From Flavobacteriales bacterium (GTDB taxonomy: Bacteria; Bacteroidota; Bacteroidia; Flavobacteriales_D; Sanyastnellaceae), in assembly GCA_002863125.1 (NCBI GenBank), contig PKEB01000014.1, positions 78,386-142,385 on the forward strand: a stretch of 64,000 nt of DNA, read 5' to 3'. The notes under the pieces are model-generated. The model saw nothing but the letters and a program-made list of their open reading frames with translations, was not told the origin of the DNA and searched no databases. Position numbers and translations under genes: made by a program. This document shows, one piece after another, positions 22,341-32,971 of this stretch (positions are counted from its first letter, which is position 1; each line of letters starts with the position of its first letter).

Positions 22341-23963
22341 ATGCCACGCCGTGCAGCCCATCGATTGATTTTGCTCCTGCTTACAGGCGGATTGGCCGGG
22401 TGCTCAAGCTTGAACAAATCCACCTCATCGCAAGTCGCCGTGGACCCCTCGAGCGGGTCAGATGTGCGCATTTTGAAGGATGCGTGGAATTGGGATGAAG
22501 GCTTTCATTACGCACACCAAGGAGACGGCATGGCGCTCATTCGATTGGAAAACAATGAACCCGTCCATTTGATTCGCCTCGAACAGCCGGGCGCCTACCC
22601 TGAGGTTCACCCCCTCTTTCCGACGGCCCGCAATCCACTGAAGGCATTGGATGTTGGAGCTGCAGCGGCTTGCGCAGCAGGTGGAGCAGTCCTGCTGGCT
22701 TCCGACCAACCCAAAGGCGCTGCTTGGGCCGCTTTTGCAGGCGCGGTAGCCAACGGACTTGGCACCTTGAGCAAGCCCCGGAAGGTGTACCAAAGCGGTT
22801 ATTACTTCGAAGGACTTGAGCCGCTGCCAATCGGCAACCCAACCAATCCCTCCCTGCACATCGAAGGCTTTCACATGCGCATTCCCGAAGGTGAGCACTC
22901 TTGGCACTACTTCCAGAACATGGAACGGTACCACGACAACCGCGTCGAATTTGTCAGCGCTTCGGATGAATCCATCGAAATTGAGTACTCCAACTTGGAC
23001 GAAGAGTTGAACGCATTCCTCATCGCTCAAGGATTTCAGCCAGAACCGAAAGAGGGCATGTTTCAGCGCGGTGAAGCCATTGAGATCACGGGGCAATTGA
23101 CGCGGGTTCGGGAACACCGCGTGCAGAACATCGTTCGGTATGAACTGGAAACCGCTTGGTGGCTCTACAATGCATTCGGCCTTGCAAGCGATACCGCCCA
23201 CGTCACCACGGCCTCCAACTGGGCCTTGTACAACTTCTCCAATCCTGGATTCGACCGGGATTTGATTTCTGAGGCCGTCGTGCAAGCGATGTTTGAGTCG
23301 CTCGAATCAACGGCATTTCGAGGCAAGCTCAATCGCATCGAAAACCTCGAATCGGAATGGACAAAAGAATGGAAGTCCATCCCCCTGACTGCTGCCGCCG
23401 CTCCGGCCGGACGGGTTTCCTCGGCATTGCAATCCGTCGTCACTGTTGAAGCGACCGATGGGCACGGCAGCGGGTGCATTGTCAGCGAAGACGGCTACAT
23501 CGTCACCAATTACCATGTGATTGCAGATGGCGCGGATGCCTACCCTGTACACTTCCAGGACGGCGAAAAGCGAACCGCCCGCGTGGTTCGGTACCATCCG
23601 GTGCACGACCTAGCCCTGTTGAAGGTAGAGGCCACCGGACTCACACCGTTTCATTTGAATTTATCGGAGTCCATCGACGTCGGCGAGGCAGCCTATGCCT
23701 TGGGCACCCCCTATGACATCGACCTCGGGGCCTCGGTGACCAAGGGTATCATTTCCGGCAAGCGCAAGGATGCGCACCGGACCTTGATTCAAACCGACGT
23801 CAGCATCAGCCCGGGCAACAGCGGAGGTGCGCTGATTGACGAGAGCGGAACCCTCATTGGCATCGTCAACGAAAAAGTCCTGGGCATGGGCGTCGAAGGC
23901 ATCGGATTCGCCATTCCCACCCATGTCATTCCGGAAGCGTTGAAAATCGAGTTCAGGCCTTAA
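22341..23963 (+). CDS. lipoprotein with C-terminal trypsin-like (S1C) serine protease domain, no PDZ domain
   Basis: Lipobox LLTGGLAGCSS. C-terminal catalytic triad context TNYHV, HDLALLKV, GNSGGAL. The N-terminal region of about 350 aa is unrecognised. I prefer the ATG at 22341 to the GTG at 22320. Confidence 0.8.
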   Translation: MPRRAAHRLILLLLTGGLAGCSSLNKSTSSQVAVDPSSGSDVRILKDAWNWDEGFHYAHQGDGMALIRLENNEPVHLIRLEQPGAYPEVHPLFPTARNPLKALDVGAAAACAAGGAVLLASDQPKGAAWAAFAGAVANGLGTLSKPRKVYQSGYYFEGLEPLPIGNPTNPSLHIEGFHMRIPEGEHSWHYFQNMERYHDNRVEFVSASDESIEIEYSNLDEELNAFLIAQGFQPEPKEGMFQRGEAIEITGQLTRVREHRVQNIVRYELETAWWLYNAFGLASDTAHVTTASNWALYNFSNPGFDRDLISEAVVQAMFESLESTAFRGKLNRIENLESEWTKEWKSIPLTAAAAPAGRVSSALQSVVTVEATDGHGSGCIVSEDGYIVTNYHVIADGADAYPVHFQDGEKRTARVVRYHPVHDLALLKVEATGLTPFHLNLSESIDVGEAAYALGTPYDIDLGASVTKGIISGKRKDAHRTLIQTDVSISPGNSGGALIDESGTLIGIVNEKVLGMGVEGIGFAIPTHVIPEALKIEFRP

Positions 23964-23966
23964 CGC

Positions 23967-24878
23967 CTACCTGCGAGCGAAGACCATCCGCCAGTTGCCT
24001 TGGAGGTCGCGCAACCGCTCTTTCCCCGACCAATTTTCCGGAATCAAATCCGCCACCTGCTCTGTGGCATCCCGGTGGCATTCTAAGGCCAAGAGCCCAC
24101 CGCGCTTCAACCACCCTTCAGCGCCACACCCATCAATCATCCGCCTGTAAAACAGCACCGGATCGTCATCCTCAACGAAGAGCGCCGATGGCGGCTCCCA
24201 ATCCAGTACATTCGGCAACATCTCCGCGCGATCGGCCTGTGGGATGTACGGCGGATTCGATAAAATGACATCAAACGGCGCTGAGAAGGTGCCTCCTGCT
24301 GGCTGATGCTGGAGGATGTCGATGCAGTGGAAATCCACTGCACAACCCAACCGTTCGGCATTCGCTGTGGCCAATTCCAAGGCTTCGGCTTGCAGGTCGA
24401 GGCCATGCACCTCGTCGCTTGGGCGATGCGATTTCCAGGCGATGGGCAAAATTCCGCTGCCCGTGCCGATGTCCAGTACCCGAACCGGGGTGTCGCCCGT
24501 CATCGTTTGAACCCGACGAAGTGCCTCCATCAGCAATTCCTCGGTTTCCGGGCGTGGAATCAAGGCGCGACGGTCGCATTGAAACGTCAGTCCGGCGAAC
24601 GATATTTCGCCGAGCGCGTACTGGACCGGTTCGCCACACTTTAATCGGTCCGCCAACAGAGCGAGGCGTTCCAAATCAGATTCGGAGGCGCGCCATGGCG
24701 CCGTGAGGCGATCCATTCGGGTCATGCCACTCACGCGATCGAAAACAAGGCGGACGATGGATTCGGACTCACGACCGTCATCCATGCCGGAACGCTTCGT
24801 GAACCACGAGTGAACGGTGTGCAATTCATTGTTCACTGGCCACGGTCCGGTGCCTCGAGGTACGCGTTGATCTGGCAT
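23967..24878 (-). CDS. prmC: release-factor glutamine N5-methyltransferase
   Basis: SAM motif VLDIGTGSG and the NPPY motif (ILSNPPYIP). The ATG at 24878 overlaps the mgsA stop by 1 nt (TGATG); the longer track ORF would run into mgsA. Confidence 0.85.
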   Translation of the reverse strand: MPDQRVPRGTGPWPVNNELHTVHSWFTKRSGMDDGRESESIVRLVFDRVSGMTRMDRLTAPWRASESDLERLALLADRLKCGEPVQYALGEISFAGLTFQCDRRALIPRPETEELLMEALRRVQTMTGDTPVRVLDIGTGSGILPIAWKSHRPSDEVHGLDLQAEALELATANAERLGCAVDFHCIDILQHQPAGGTFSAPFDVILSNPPYIPQADRAEMLPNVLDWEPPSALFVEDDDPVLFYRRMIDGCGAEGWLKRGGLLALECHRDATEQVADLIPENWSGKERLRDLQGNWRMVFARR

Positions 24879-25258
24879 CAACTTCCGAAGGCGTGGCTGC
24901 CGATCAGCAGGCTTGCTGTAGCTGCATTGGTGGCCAGCGGAATGTCGTGGACATCGCATTGCCTCAACAGCATGTTGATGTCGGGTTCATGGGGGTGCTT
25001 GCCCATGGGATCCCGGAAAAAGATGACCGCATGAACAGCACCCTCGGTAATGCGCGCTGCAATCTGGGCATCACCGCCGAGTGGACCGCTGGACAATCGC
25101 TCAATCGCGACGCCGAGTTCCGCAATCCTCCCCCCGGTCGTGCCTGTCCCTACGAGTGCAAACCGCTCAAACCACGCCTGGTTGGCCCGAACGAATTCGA
25201 CCAACGCATCCTTTTTGCCATCGTGGGCAATCAGTGCTATGGTTTGGGTTTGGCTCAT
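24878..25258 (-). CDS. mgsA: methylglyoxal synthase
   Basis: MSQTQTIALIAHDGKKD...LVGTGTTG...GPLGGDAQI...FFRDP. ATG at 25258 in an ATGA overlap with the amylase stop. Confidence 0.9.
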   Translation of the reverse strand: MSQTQTIALIAHDGKKDALVEFVRANQAWFERFALVGTGTTGGRIAELGVAIERLSSGPLGGDAQIAARITEGAVHAVIFFRDPMGKHPHEPDINMLLRQCDVHDIPLATNAATASLLIGSHAFGS

Positions 25259-26697
25259 TCTGCGCGGTTGCGGGTCCAGACGGCCGCAGTATGCGCCGGA
25301 ACCAGGACCTCGGTTGATGGGGCCAAGCCACCCCAAGCTGCAGCGTAGCTATCATCCAAGTTCAACGCCATGGCTGCGTCCGCATCGCCGAGATTGACCG
25401 CCACGACGACTTCGTTGGTCCCCGCCGATCGCTTCCAGGCCATCGCCACGTCGGAGTCGATGGCATAGAATTTAGGTTGCCCTCCGTGTGTGCCGTTCCA
25501 CAGCGCTTGGTTCTCATGGTTCAACGCGTAGATGGTTTGATACAGGTCGGTCTTGCCGTAATCGCCCCATTGCACGGTGTCTTTTTCAAAGAAGCGGAGC
25601 CGCTTGGTCATTCCGGCTTCCTGACCTGAATAGACGAGGGGCATGCCCATCAACGTACCAGAAAGGACCGCCATGGCATTCCCATTGACGCCTAACCGCT
25701 CTTCGATGGTTCCGTTCCACGAATTTTCATCGTGGTTGGTCACAAACATCATGCGGTAAGCATCCGCACCGAAGCGCTCTATCTGGCGTGGAACGGCTTG
25801 AATCAATGAATCAACGGACCATTCGCCTTTGCCCACTTGGTTCATGATGTGGTGCATTTCCCACCCGTACGACATGTCAAAGGCGCGGTTGTGGTGTTCC
25901 GGCACTTCGGCTTCTGCCAACATGAACACTTCGGGATTCACTTCTTCCAACTGGCGCCGCGCCTTTTCCCAGAAATCGGTAGGAACCTTTTCCGCCACGT
26001 CGCAGCGGTATCCATCAATTCCAAATTCCCGCACCCAGTACTCCAGTGCGTCCGCCATGGCATCGTACAATCCCGACTCGCGTCCGTTTTCCCAGTCGAG
26101 CTGGGTCACGTCCCACCAATCGGTGCCCGAGGGCGGCTGCAAGTTGCCGGCCTCATCGAGCAAGAAGTACTCCAGGTGCGATTCGGTCCATTCGCTGTCG
26201 AATGCCGTGTGATTCGCCACCCAATCCAAAATCACCTTCATGTCCAAGGCGTGAGCTGCCTCGGTCAATGCGCGCAAGTCCGCTTCCGTGCCGAAGTCCG
26301 GGTTGATTTTGTAGTAATCCTGCACGCTGTAAGGGCTTCCCATGCTTGAAGAGCCGGGTTGCACCATGTAGTTGTTCTTGTTTTCTCCGCCTTTGCGGTT
26401 GACCTCCCCGATGGGATGAATGGGCATGAGCCACAAAATGTCCACTCCGAGCTCTTTCAAGCGGGGCAAGTCTTCTGCAAATGCATTGAAGGTCCCTTCC
26501 GGGGTATGCTGCCGCACGTTGACTTCATAAATGGTCGCATTGGCGGACCAAGCAGGGTGCGCAAGTTCGTCGGACTTCAGCCCTTGCCCCAACGCTTGAG
26601 CATCGGTGGTTGACGCCGGCGAGGAACCTCCTCCACAGCTTGTCAAGAGCAACGCGAGCACACCAAACGTGCTGAGCAATGAATTCTTGGTGTTCAT
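25255..26697 (-). CDS. GH13 alpha-amylase-family lipoprotein
   Basis: ATG at 26697 gives lipobox LLLTSCGG. GH13 conserved regions are present (DWVANH, DGYRCDVAEKVP, FMLAEAE, FVTNHDE). The track's extra 140 aa overlap the parC tail and are low-complexity. Confidence 0.88.
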   Translation of the reverse strand: MNTKNSLLSTFGVLALLLTSCGGGSSPASTTDAQALGQGLKSDELAHPAWSANATIYEVNVRQHTPEGTFNAFAEDLPRLKELGVDILWLMPIHPIGEVNRKGGENKNNYMVQPGSSSMGSPYSVQDYYKINPDFGTEADLRALTEAAHALDMKVILDWVANHTAFDSEWTESHLEYFLLDEAGNLQPPSGTDWWDVTQLDWENGRESGLYDAMADALEYWVREFGIDGYRCDVAEKVPTDFWEKARRQLEEVNPEVFMLAEAEVPEHHNRAFDMSYGWEMHHIMNQVGKGEWSVDSLIQAVPRQIERFGADAYRMMFVTNHDENSWNGTIEERLGVNGNAMAVLSGTLMGMPLVYSGQEAGMTKRLRFFEKDTVQWGDYGKTDLYQTIYALNHENQALWNGTHGGQPKFYAIDSDVAMAWKRSAGTNEVVVAVNLGDADAAMALNLDDSYAAAWGGLAPSTEVLVPAHTAAVWTRNRAE

Positions 26698-26698
26698 A

Positions 26699-29476
26699 TC
26701 AAAAAAGGGTCGGTTGTATGCCCCCGCCTTTCGATGGTGACTCAGTGTCATCGTCGGCAGCGGATGTTGAAGTTTTGGGTTCAGTGGGTTGTGCGGTCGT
26801 TTCTGCCTTGGGTTTTTCCAACTCAGCGGAGTCGGCAGGCTTCGCTTCCGCTGGTGATTCTTTTGGCGCCTTCGGTGCCTCTGCGTTGGGGGCGAATTCA
26901 GCCTCCCAAGCGGCCTGCGCCTGGGCTTCTTTTTCTTCGTCCAATGGCTCGAGCTGCACATCCGTGACGGGCAAACCGCTGAGTTTGTTCCCCAGCGCTC
27001 GAATGCCCTTGATGGCAATGAAATCGGAAGCATCGAAGATCTCATCTTCTCGGTCCCGGGTTTCTTTGAAACGGCGGTTGAACCGGATGCGCACAAGTGG
27101 ATGGTGGGCGGTGGACACCACACCCAATCGGGAGTTTTCGTGATCGCCGATGAAGGAGAAAGCCTTCTGAACGAGTTCCGCGTGAAACCGTTTGACGTAC
27201 CAGTCTTCTTTTTCGCCTTCGTAATAGACCACCGAAACAGGTTGCTGCGGATGCCACTTTTCCAGGTGGATCATCTTGTCATCGAACCGCGTGTTCAGAT
27301 CGAAACCGGTGAATGCGTACTCACCCGATGACAGGAACACCACAATGCGATCGTCGGCCATGAATTCGCCCAACAAGCGCCCCCGGCCCTCGGCATTGAG
27401 CGTGCGAACGGTTTCATCGTACCAGACCTTGCGCGCACCAAGCGTCGAAACGCCCTCTTCGCTCATTTCAATTTTGCGGATGGCGTTTTTGGATACCAGG
27501 TTGCCCCCAACGCCTCGGCCGCGAATGGCCAATTCAGAGAAGTCAACGTCAAGTTTCAGCTTCTTCAGGCGTGCATTGGCCCGCAAGAACACCGTCACAA
27601 TCTCGGCCTCTCCGTTGGGGTTGGCCGTGAAGTACAAAATCCGCGACTTCGGCGTGCCTTTGGTGATGTTGTATTCCCGGTCACGCGTTATCGCCGGCAC
27701 GTTGAATCGCTTCATCATGCTGCGTCCGGTCGCTCCGTCGAGGTAAATGCAATTGTACACGGTGCGTTCATCCCCGCGTTTCCAGACGGCGACATGAATG
27801 ATGTCCTTCCCGAAGAAGGCCTTCTGGCTCACCTTGCTCACCTGCATGATGCCGTCCTTCCGGATGACAATGATGTCATCGATGTCGCTGCACTCTCCGA
27901 CCAATTCGCCTTCGCCCCGCTTCAATCCATAGCCGACAAATCCTTCCTCCTTCTGTGCGTAGAGCTTGACATTTGCTACTGCAACTGCCGAACGCGAAAT
28001 GGATTCAAACGACCGCAATTCCGTCTTCCGCTCGCGGCCTCCACCGTACTTCTTTTTGAGCATTCGGAACCACTCGATGGCGTAATCCGTGAGGTGGTCC
28101 AAGTGGTGCTTGACTTGATCGATGTCCCCTTCCAACCCTTCAATCAGGCGGTCGGCTTTGAAGCTATCAAACTTGGAAATGCGCTTAATGCGGATTTCCG
28201 TCAACCGCGTCACATCCTCATCGGTGACCGCACGCAGCAAGTGCTTGGTGTGCGGCTTGAGTCCTTTGTGGATGATGGCCAGGATATCCTCCCACGTCTC
28301 GCACTCCTCAATGTCCCGGTAGATCCGGTTCTCAATGAAGATTTTCTCCAAGGACGCGAAGTGCCACTTCTCCTGCAATTCACCCAATTCAATCTCCAAC
28401 TCCAACTTGAGCAGCCCCTTCGTCCGTTCGGTCGAAATCTTGAGCAGCTCCTTGACCCCGAGGAATTGCGGCTTGTCATTGAGGATGACGGTGGAGTTGG
28501 GTGAGATGGATACCTCGCAATCGGTAAAGGCAAACAGCGCGCCGATCATCTTGTCGGGGCTGACGTTGTTGGCGAGGTGAATGACGATTTCGACTTCACT
28601 CGCCGTGTTGTCCTCCACCCGCTTGATCTTGATTTTGCCCTTGTCGTTCGCCTTCAAGATGCTCTCAATGAGCGAACTCGTGGTGACGCCAAACGGCAAC
28701 TCGCGGATGACCAAGGTCTTGTTGTCGGCCTTTTCGATGCGGCCACGCACGCGAACCTTGCCGCCGCGCAATCCATCGTTGTAATTCTCCACGTCGGCCG
28801 TTCCGCCGGTCGGGAAATCCGGGTACAACGTGAAGCCTTTGCCCTGCAGGGTAGCGACGCTCGCGTCGATGAGCTCGACGAAGTTGTGCGGAAGCGTTTT
28901 GCACGCCAAGCCCACGGCAATCCCTTCCACCCCGGAGGCGAGAAGCAACGGGAACTTCACGGGCAACGTCTCCGGCTCCTTGTTGCGGCCGTCATAGCTC
29001 TGCAGCCACGTTGTCGTCTTCGGGTTGAAGAGGATCTCTTTTCCGAGTTTGCTGAGCCGAACCTCGATGTAACGCGGAGCGGCCGCGCGGTCCCCGGTGA
29101 AGATGTTTCCCCAGTTTCCCTGGCAGTCCAGCAACAGATCTTTCTGTCCGATTTGCACCATGGCATCGCCGATGGAAGCATCCCCGTGCGGGTGGTACTT
29201 CATGGTGTTACCGATGACGTTGGCGACCTTGTGGAACCGCCCGTCGTCCATTTCGTCGAGGCTGTGCAGGATGCGGCGCTGCACCGGCTTGAGGCCGTCG
29301 TCTTGGTGAGGCACGGCCCGTTCGAGGATGACGTACGACGCGTAATCCAGGAAGTAGTTGTTGTACATCCCGGCGACCTGAATGACCCGTTCAAGCGCTT
29401 CTCCAGCGCCTTCACCTTCCGGGGCGTTGCCCTCCTCGTTCTCAGGGTCTACCGGTGGCAATTCTTCCTCGCTCAT
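26699..29476 (-). CDS. parC: DNA topoisomerase IV subunit A
   Basis: 925 aa with a type IIA subunit-A N-terminal domain ([28 protein letters not shown], active-site AAPRYIE). Paired with a ParE-type subunit B by an ATGA overlap. Confidence 0.9.
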   Translation of the reverse strand: MSEEELPPVDPENEEGNAPEGEGAGEALERVIQVAGMYNNYFLDYASYVILERAVPHQDDGLKPVQRRILHSLDEMDDGRFHKVANVIGNTMKYHPHGDASIGDAMVQIGQKDLLLDCQGNWGNIFTGDRAAAPRYIEVRLSKLGKEILFNPKTTTWLQSYDGRNKEPETLPVKFPLLLASGVEGIAVGLACKTLPHNFVELIDASVATLQGKGFTLYPDFPTGGTADVENYNDGLRGGKVRVRGRIEKADNKTLVIRELPFGVTTSSLIESILKANDKGKIKIKRVEDNTASEVEIVIHLANNVSPDKMIGALFAFTDCEVSISPNSTVILNDKPQFLGVKELLKISTERTKGLLKLELEIELGELQEKWHFASLEKIFIENRIYRDIEECETWEDILAIIHKGLKPHTKHLLRAVTDEDVTRLTEIRIKRISKFDSFKADRLIEGLEGDIDQVKHHLDHLTDYAIEWFRMLKKKYGGGRERKTELRSFESISRSAVAVANVKLYAQKEEGFVGYGLKRGEGELVGECSDIDDIIVIRKDGIMQVSKVSQKAFFGKDIIHVAVWKRGDERTVYNCIYLDGATGRSMMKRFNVPAITRDREYNITKGTPKSRILYFTANPNGEAEIVTVFLRANARLKKLKLDVDFSELAIRGRGVGGNLVSKNAIRKIEMSEEGVSTLGARKVWYDETVRTLNAEGRGRLLGEFMADDRIVVFLSSGEYAFTGFDLNTRFDDKMIHLEKWHPQQPVSVVYYEGEKEDWYVKRFHAELVQKAFSFIGDHENSRLGVVSTAHHPLVRIRFNRRFKETRDREDEIFDASDFIAIKGIRALGNKLSGLPVTDVQLEPLDEEKEAQAQAAWEAEFAPNAEAPKAPKESPAEAKPADSAELEKPKAETTAQPTEPKTSTSAADDDTESPSKGGGIQPTLF

Positions 29477-31323
29477 TCTTCAACCAAATCTTTTTCAACC
29501 CGCAGGTTTTCGATGATAAAACTTTGACGATCGGGCGTGTTCTTGCCCATAAAGAAGGTCATCATTTCGGTAATGCGGCTCTCCTTGCCAATGACCACTG
29601 GATCGAGGCGAATGTCATCCCCGATGAAGTGCCGGAATTCGTCCGGGCTGATTTCACCCAAACCCTTGAAGCGGGTGATCTCTGCCTTGGCACCCAGGGC
29701 CTGCAATGCCTCTTGCTTCTCGGTTTCGCTGTAGCAATAGCGCGTCTCTTTCTTGTTTCGCACTCGGAACAATGGCGTTTGCAGCACGTACAAGTGGCCG
29801 CGCTTGACCAAATCGGGGAAAAACTGCAAGAAGAAGGTGATCAACAGCAATCGAATGTGCATGCCGTCGACATCGGCATCCGTGGCGATGACTACGTTGT
29901 TGTAACGGAGGTTCTCCAGGCCGTCCTCGATGTTCAGGGCTGCTTGCAGCAAATTGAATTCCTCGTTCTCGTAGACCACCTTCTTGGTCAGTCCAAATGA
30001 GTTGAGGGGCTTCCCCTTCAAGCTGAACACCGCCTGCGTCAACACGTCGCGCGCCTTGGTGATTGAACCAGAAGCCGAATCGCCCTCCGTGATGAACAGC
30101 GTCGTTTCTTCGTTGCGGTCCTTTTTATCGCCGAGATGGATGCGGCAGTCGCGGAGCTTTTTGTTGTGTACGCTCGACTTTTTGGCCCGCTCACGCGCCA
30201 ACTTCTTGATGCCCGCCAAGTCTTTGCGTTCGCGCTCGCTCTGGAGGATGCGGGCTTGGAGCAATTGGGCGGAATCGGGATTCCGGTGCAGGAAGTTGTC
30301 CAATTCCCGCTTCAGGAAATCGTACACAAAGCTTTTCAGCGTGGGCTGTCCCGGTCCCATTTCACCGGAGCCAAGCTTGGTTTTGGTCTGCGACTCAAAA
30401 ACCGGCTCTTCCACTTTGACCGAAATCGCCGCCGAGATGCCTCCTCGGATGTCTGCAGCATCGTAATCCTTTCCGAAAAAATCGCGCACAACACGAACGT
30501 AGGCCTCCCGGAATGCAGATTGGTGGGTGCCCCCTTGGGGCGTGTACTGGCCGTTGACAAAACTCTGGTAGTCCTCCCCGTACGCATCCGTATGCGTGAT
30601 GGCCACTTCAATGTCTTCATTGACCAAGTGAACGATGGGATAACGAGGATCTTTGTCCAGGTCGTTGGTCAGCAGGTCTTTCAGGCCGTTTTCCGACTTG
30701 AACTTCTCGCCGTTCAAGTACAGCGCAAGGGTGGTGTTCAGGTAGGCGTAGTTCCACAGCAACCGCTCCACATGTTCCATGCGGTAGCTGTACGCCTTGA
30801 ATACGTCCCGATCGGGCCGGAAGGCAATCATGGTCCCGTTGCGCTCTTCGGTTTTGCCACGCTTCTCGTCGTTTACGAGGTCACCGCGTTCGAATTGTGC
30901 CCGTTTGATTTCGCCCTCCCGGTAGCTCTCAACGGTGAAATGCGTCGACAAGGCGTTGACGGCTTTGGCGCCCACCCCGTTCAAGCCCACTGACTTCTTG
31001 AAGGCACGGGAGTCGTACTTACCCCCAGTGTTGATTTTGGACACCACGTCCACCACTTTGCCCAACGGAATGCCACGGCCAAAATCGCGGACCTTGACTT
31101 CGCCATCGCGGATGGTGATGCGAACGCTCTTACCATGCCCCATCGCGTGCTCATCGATGCAGTTGTCGATGATCTCTTTGAGCAGCACATAAATGCCATC
31201 GTCTGCCGCCTGTCCATCCCCCAACTTTCCGATGTACATCCCCGGACGCATCCGGATGTGTTCCTTCCAGTCAAGCGAACGAATGTTATCCTCTGTGTAC
31301 GATACCTGCTCTTTTCCCGCCAT
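29473..31323 (-). CDS. parE: DNA topoisomerase IV subunit B
   Basis: The ATG at 31323 gives [36 protein letters not shown] ATPase, TOPRIM ([11 protein letters not shown]) and DADVDG motifs are present. Confidence 0.9.
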   Translation of the reverse strand: MAGKEQVSYTEDNIRSLDWKEHIRMRPGMYIGKLGDGQAADDGIYVLLKEIIDNCIDEHAMGHGKSVRITIRDGEVKVRDFGRGIPLGKVVDVVSKINTGGKYDSRAFKKSVGLNGVGAKAVNALSTHFTVESYREGEIKRAQFERGDLVNDEKRGKTEERNGTMIAFRPDRDVFKAYSYRMEHVERLLWNYAYLNTTLALYLNGEKFKSENGLKDLLTNDLDKDPRYPIVHLVNEDIEVAITHTDAYGEDYQSFVNGQYTPQGGTHQSAFREAYVRVVRDFFGKDYDAADIRGGISAAISVKVEEPVFESQTKTKLGSGEMGPGQPTLKSFVYDFLKRELDNFLHRNPDSAQLLQARILQSERERKDLAGIKKLARERAKKSSVHNKKLRDCRIHLGDKKDRNEETTLFITEGDSASGSITKARDVLTQAVFSLKGKPLNSFGLTKKVVYENEEFNLLQAALNIEDGLENLRYNNVVIATDADVDGMHIRLLLITFFLQFFPDLVKRGHLYVLQTPLFRVRNKKETRYCYSETEKQEALQALGAKAEITRFKGLGEISPDEFRHFIGDDIRLDPVVIGKESRITEMMTFFMGKNTPDRQSFIIENLRVEKDLVEE

Positions 31324-31491
31324 GGCCAACGAAATTAGTAGTTCGCGCCATTGTAGGCATAGAAAATCCACCTTGTTTTATCCACAAAAATGAAGGGCAA
31401 TGAACCGAGAATGTTCAAACCCAAATTGGATTTCTCAGGCACTGGAAAGGTGGTCGCATAGAATTAACCGCAGGAGACGAAAATTGCTCGC

Positions 31492-31499
31492 TATTTTTG
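31492..31499 (+). promoter_or_regulatory. candidate -7 box (TATTTTTG) for pepD
   Basis: Perfect TAnnTTTG match, 11 nt upstream of the ATG at 31511. No -33 box found. Confidence 0.3.
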
Positions 31500-31510
31500 A
31501 AGAAAAAACC

Positions 31511-32971
31511 ATGAGCATCGTCAGCCTCGAACCCCGGCCTTTGTGGCACTTCTTCAACGCATTGAATAGCATTCCACGGCCTTCGAAAAAGGAAGAGCAA
31601 GTCCGCGAATGGGTCATCGGACTCGGAAACGATTGGGGCTTCGAAACCCTCACCGATGAGGTTGGCAATGTGCTGATCCGCAAGCCGGCAACAGCTGGAA
31701 TGGAAAACAAACGGCACATCGTCCTGCAGAGCCATCTGGACATGGTATGCCAGAAGAACGCGGACACCGTATTCGACTTTGACACCCAAGGCATCAAGAT
31801 GTACGTTGATGGCGACTGGGTGCGTGCGGAAGGCACCACGCTCGGAGCGGACAACGGCATCGGCGTGGCAACCATCTTGGCTGTGCTCGACTCCAAAGAC
31901 ATCCCGCACCCCGCCATTGACGCATTGTTCACCATCGATGAGGAGACAGGCATGACGGGCGCGTTGGGGTTGAAGGGCGGGTTTTTGCAAGGTGACATCC
32001 TCCTCAACCTCGACACAGAAGACGACGATGAATTGTCCATCGGATGCGCCGGTGGAGTCGATGTCACGTCCACGGGCACCTATGAAGCGGAAGCCATCCA
32101 AGCGGGCGTCAAGCAACTTCGCATTCGCCTGACGGGTGGTTCTGGCGGCCATTCGGGCATGGACATTCACAAAGGCATTGCCAACATGAACAAGCTCATG
32201 AACCGGCTGCTGATTGAAAGTTTGGGGGCGGTCGACTTTCGGCTTGCTTCCGTTCAAGGCGGAGGGTTGCGCAACGCCATCCCACGGGAGTCCGAAGCCG
32301 TTTTGGTCCTGGATCCCGCTGACGAAACCGAATTCAAAAGCACCTTAGTGGAAGCGTTTGAGGCCGTCAAAGCGGAGTATGCAACGACCGATCCCGAATT
32401 GAGCCTGTCGTGCGAAACAGAAGCCACCACGGTGACGCATGCGATGCCGGAAGAAGACCAACTTGCTGTGCTCATGGCAATCCAAACCGTTCCTGTCGGC
32501 ATCCACCGCATGAGCCCAGACATTGAAAACCTCGTGCAGACGTCCAACAACTTGGCGCGTGTCGAAATTGCAGCGGGCACCATCAGCTTGCAGTGCTTGT
32601 GCCGAAGCTCTGTGGATTCGGAAAAAGACGACCACGCCAACAGCATTGCGTGTGCCTTTGGCCTCGCGGGACTGCAAACCGAATTCAGCGGACAGTACCC
32701 CGGATGGACCCCAAATCCCTCAAGCGCAATCGTCGCTACCATGAAAGCGCTCTACGAAGAAAAGTACAATGAGTCGCCGCGGGTGCTCGCCTGCCACGCA
32801 GGACTGGAGTGTGGCATCCTCGGCACCAACTACCCCGAAATGGACATGGTGAGTTTTGGGCCCAACATCCGAGGCGCCCACAGCCCAGACGAATGCGTCC
32901 AGATCAGTTCCGTCCAGAAATTCTGGGGCTTCTTCTTGGATGCACTGCAACGTATACCAAATAAAGCATGA
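31511..32971 (+). CDS. pepD: aminoacyl-histidine (Xaa-His) dipeptidase, M20C family
   Basis: MSIVSLEPRPLWHFFNALNSIPRPSKKEE, HLDMVCQK, TTLGADNGIG and IDEETGMTGA are typical of PepD. The track start at 31400 adds an implausible leader. Confidence 0.9.
   Translation: MSIVSLEPRPLWHFFNALNSIPRPSKKEEQVREWVIGLGNDWGFETLTDEVGNVLIRKPATAGMENKRHIVLQSHLDMVCQKNADTVFDFDTQGIKMYVDGDWVRAEGTTLGADNGIGVATILAVLDSKDIPHPAIDALFTIDEETGMTGALGLKGGFLQGDILLNLDTEDDDELSIGCAGGVDVTSTGTYEAEAIQAGVKQLRIRLTGGSGGHSGMDIHKGIANMNKLMNRLLIESLGAVDFRLASVQGGGLRNAIPRESEAVLVLDPADETEFKSTLVEAFEAVKAEYATTDPELSLSCETEATTVTHAMPEEDQLAVLMAIQTVPVGIHRMSPDIENLVQTSNNLARVEIAAGTISLQCLCRSSVDSEKDDHANSIACAFGLAGLQTEFSGQYPGWTPNPSSAIVATMKALYEEKYNESPRVLACHAGLECGILGTNYPEMDMVSFGPNIRGAHSPDECVQISSVQKFWGFFLDALQRIPNKA

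Noticed and set aside
26698-27123. N-terminal extension of about 140 aa on the amylase ORF in the track (25255..27123), overlapping the parC 3' end
   Set aside because: The extension is K/R/P-rich low-complexity sequence produced by reading the ParC tail in another frame. The internal ATG at 26697 gives a clean lipoprotein signal peptide immediately after the parC stop. Similar over-long track starts were trimmed for prmC, mgsA, parE, pepD, the SDR, the CarboxypepD_reg protein, the TonB-dependent receptor, spoIID, DUF1573, SGNH-2 and the MBOAT gene.
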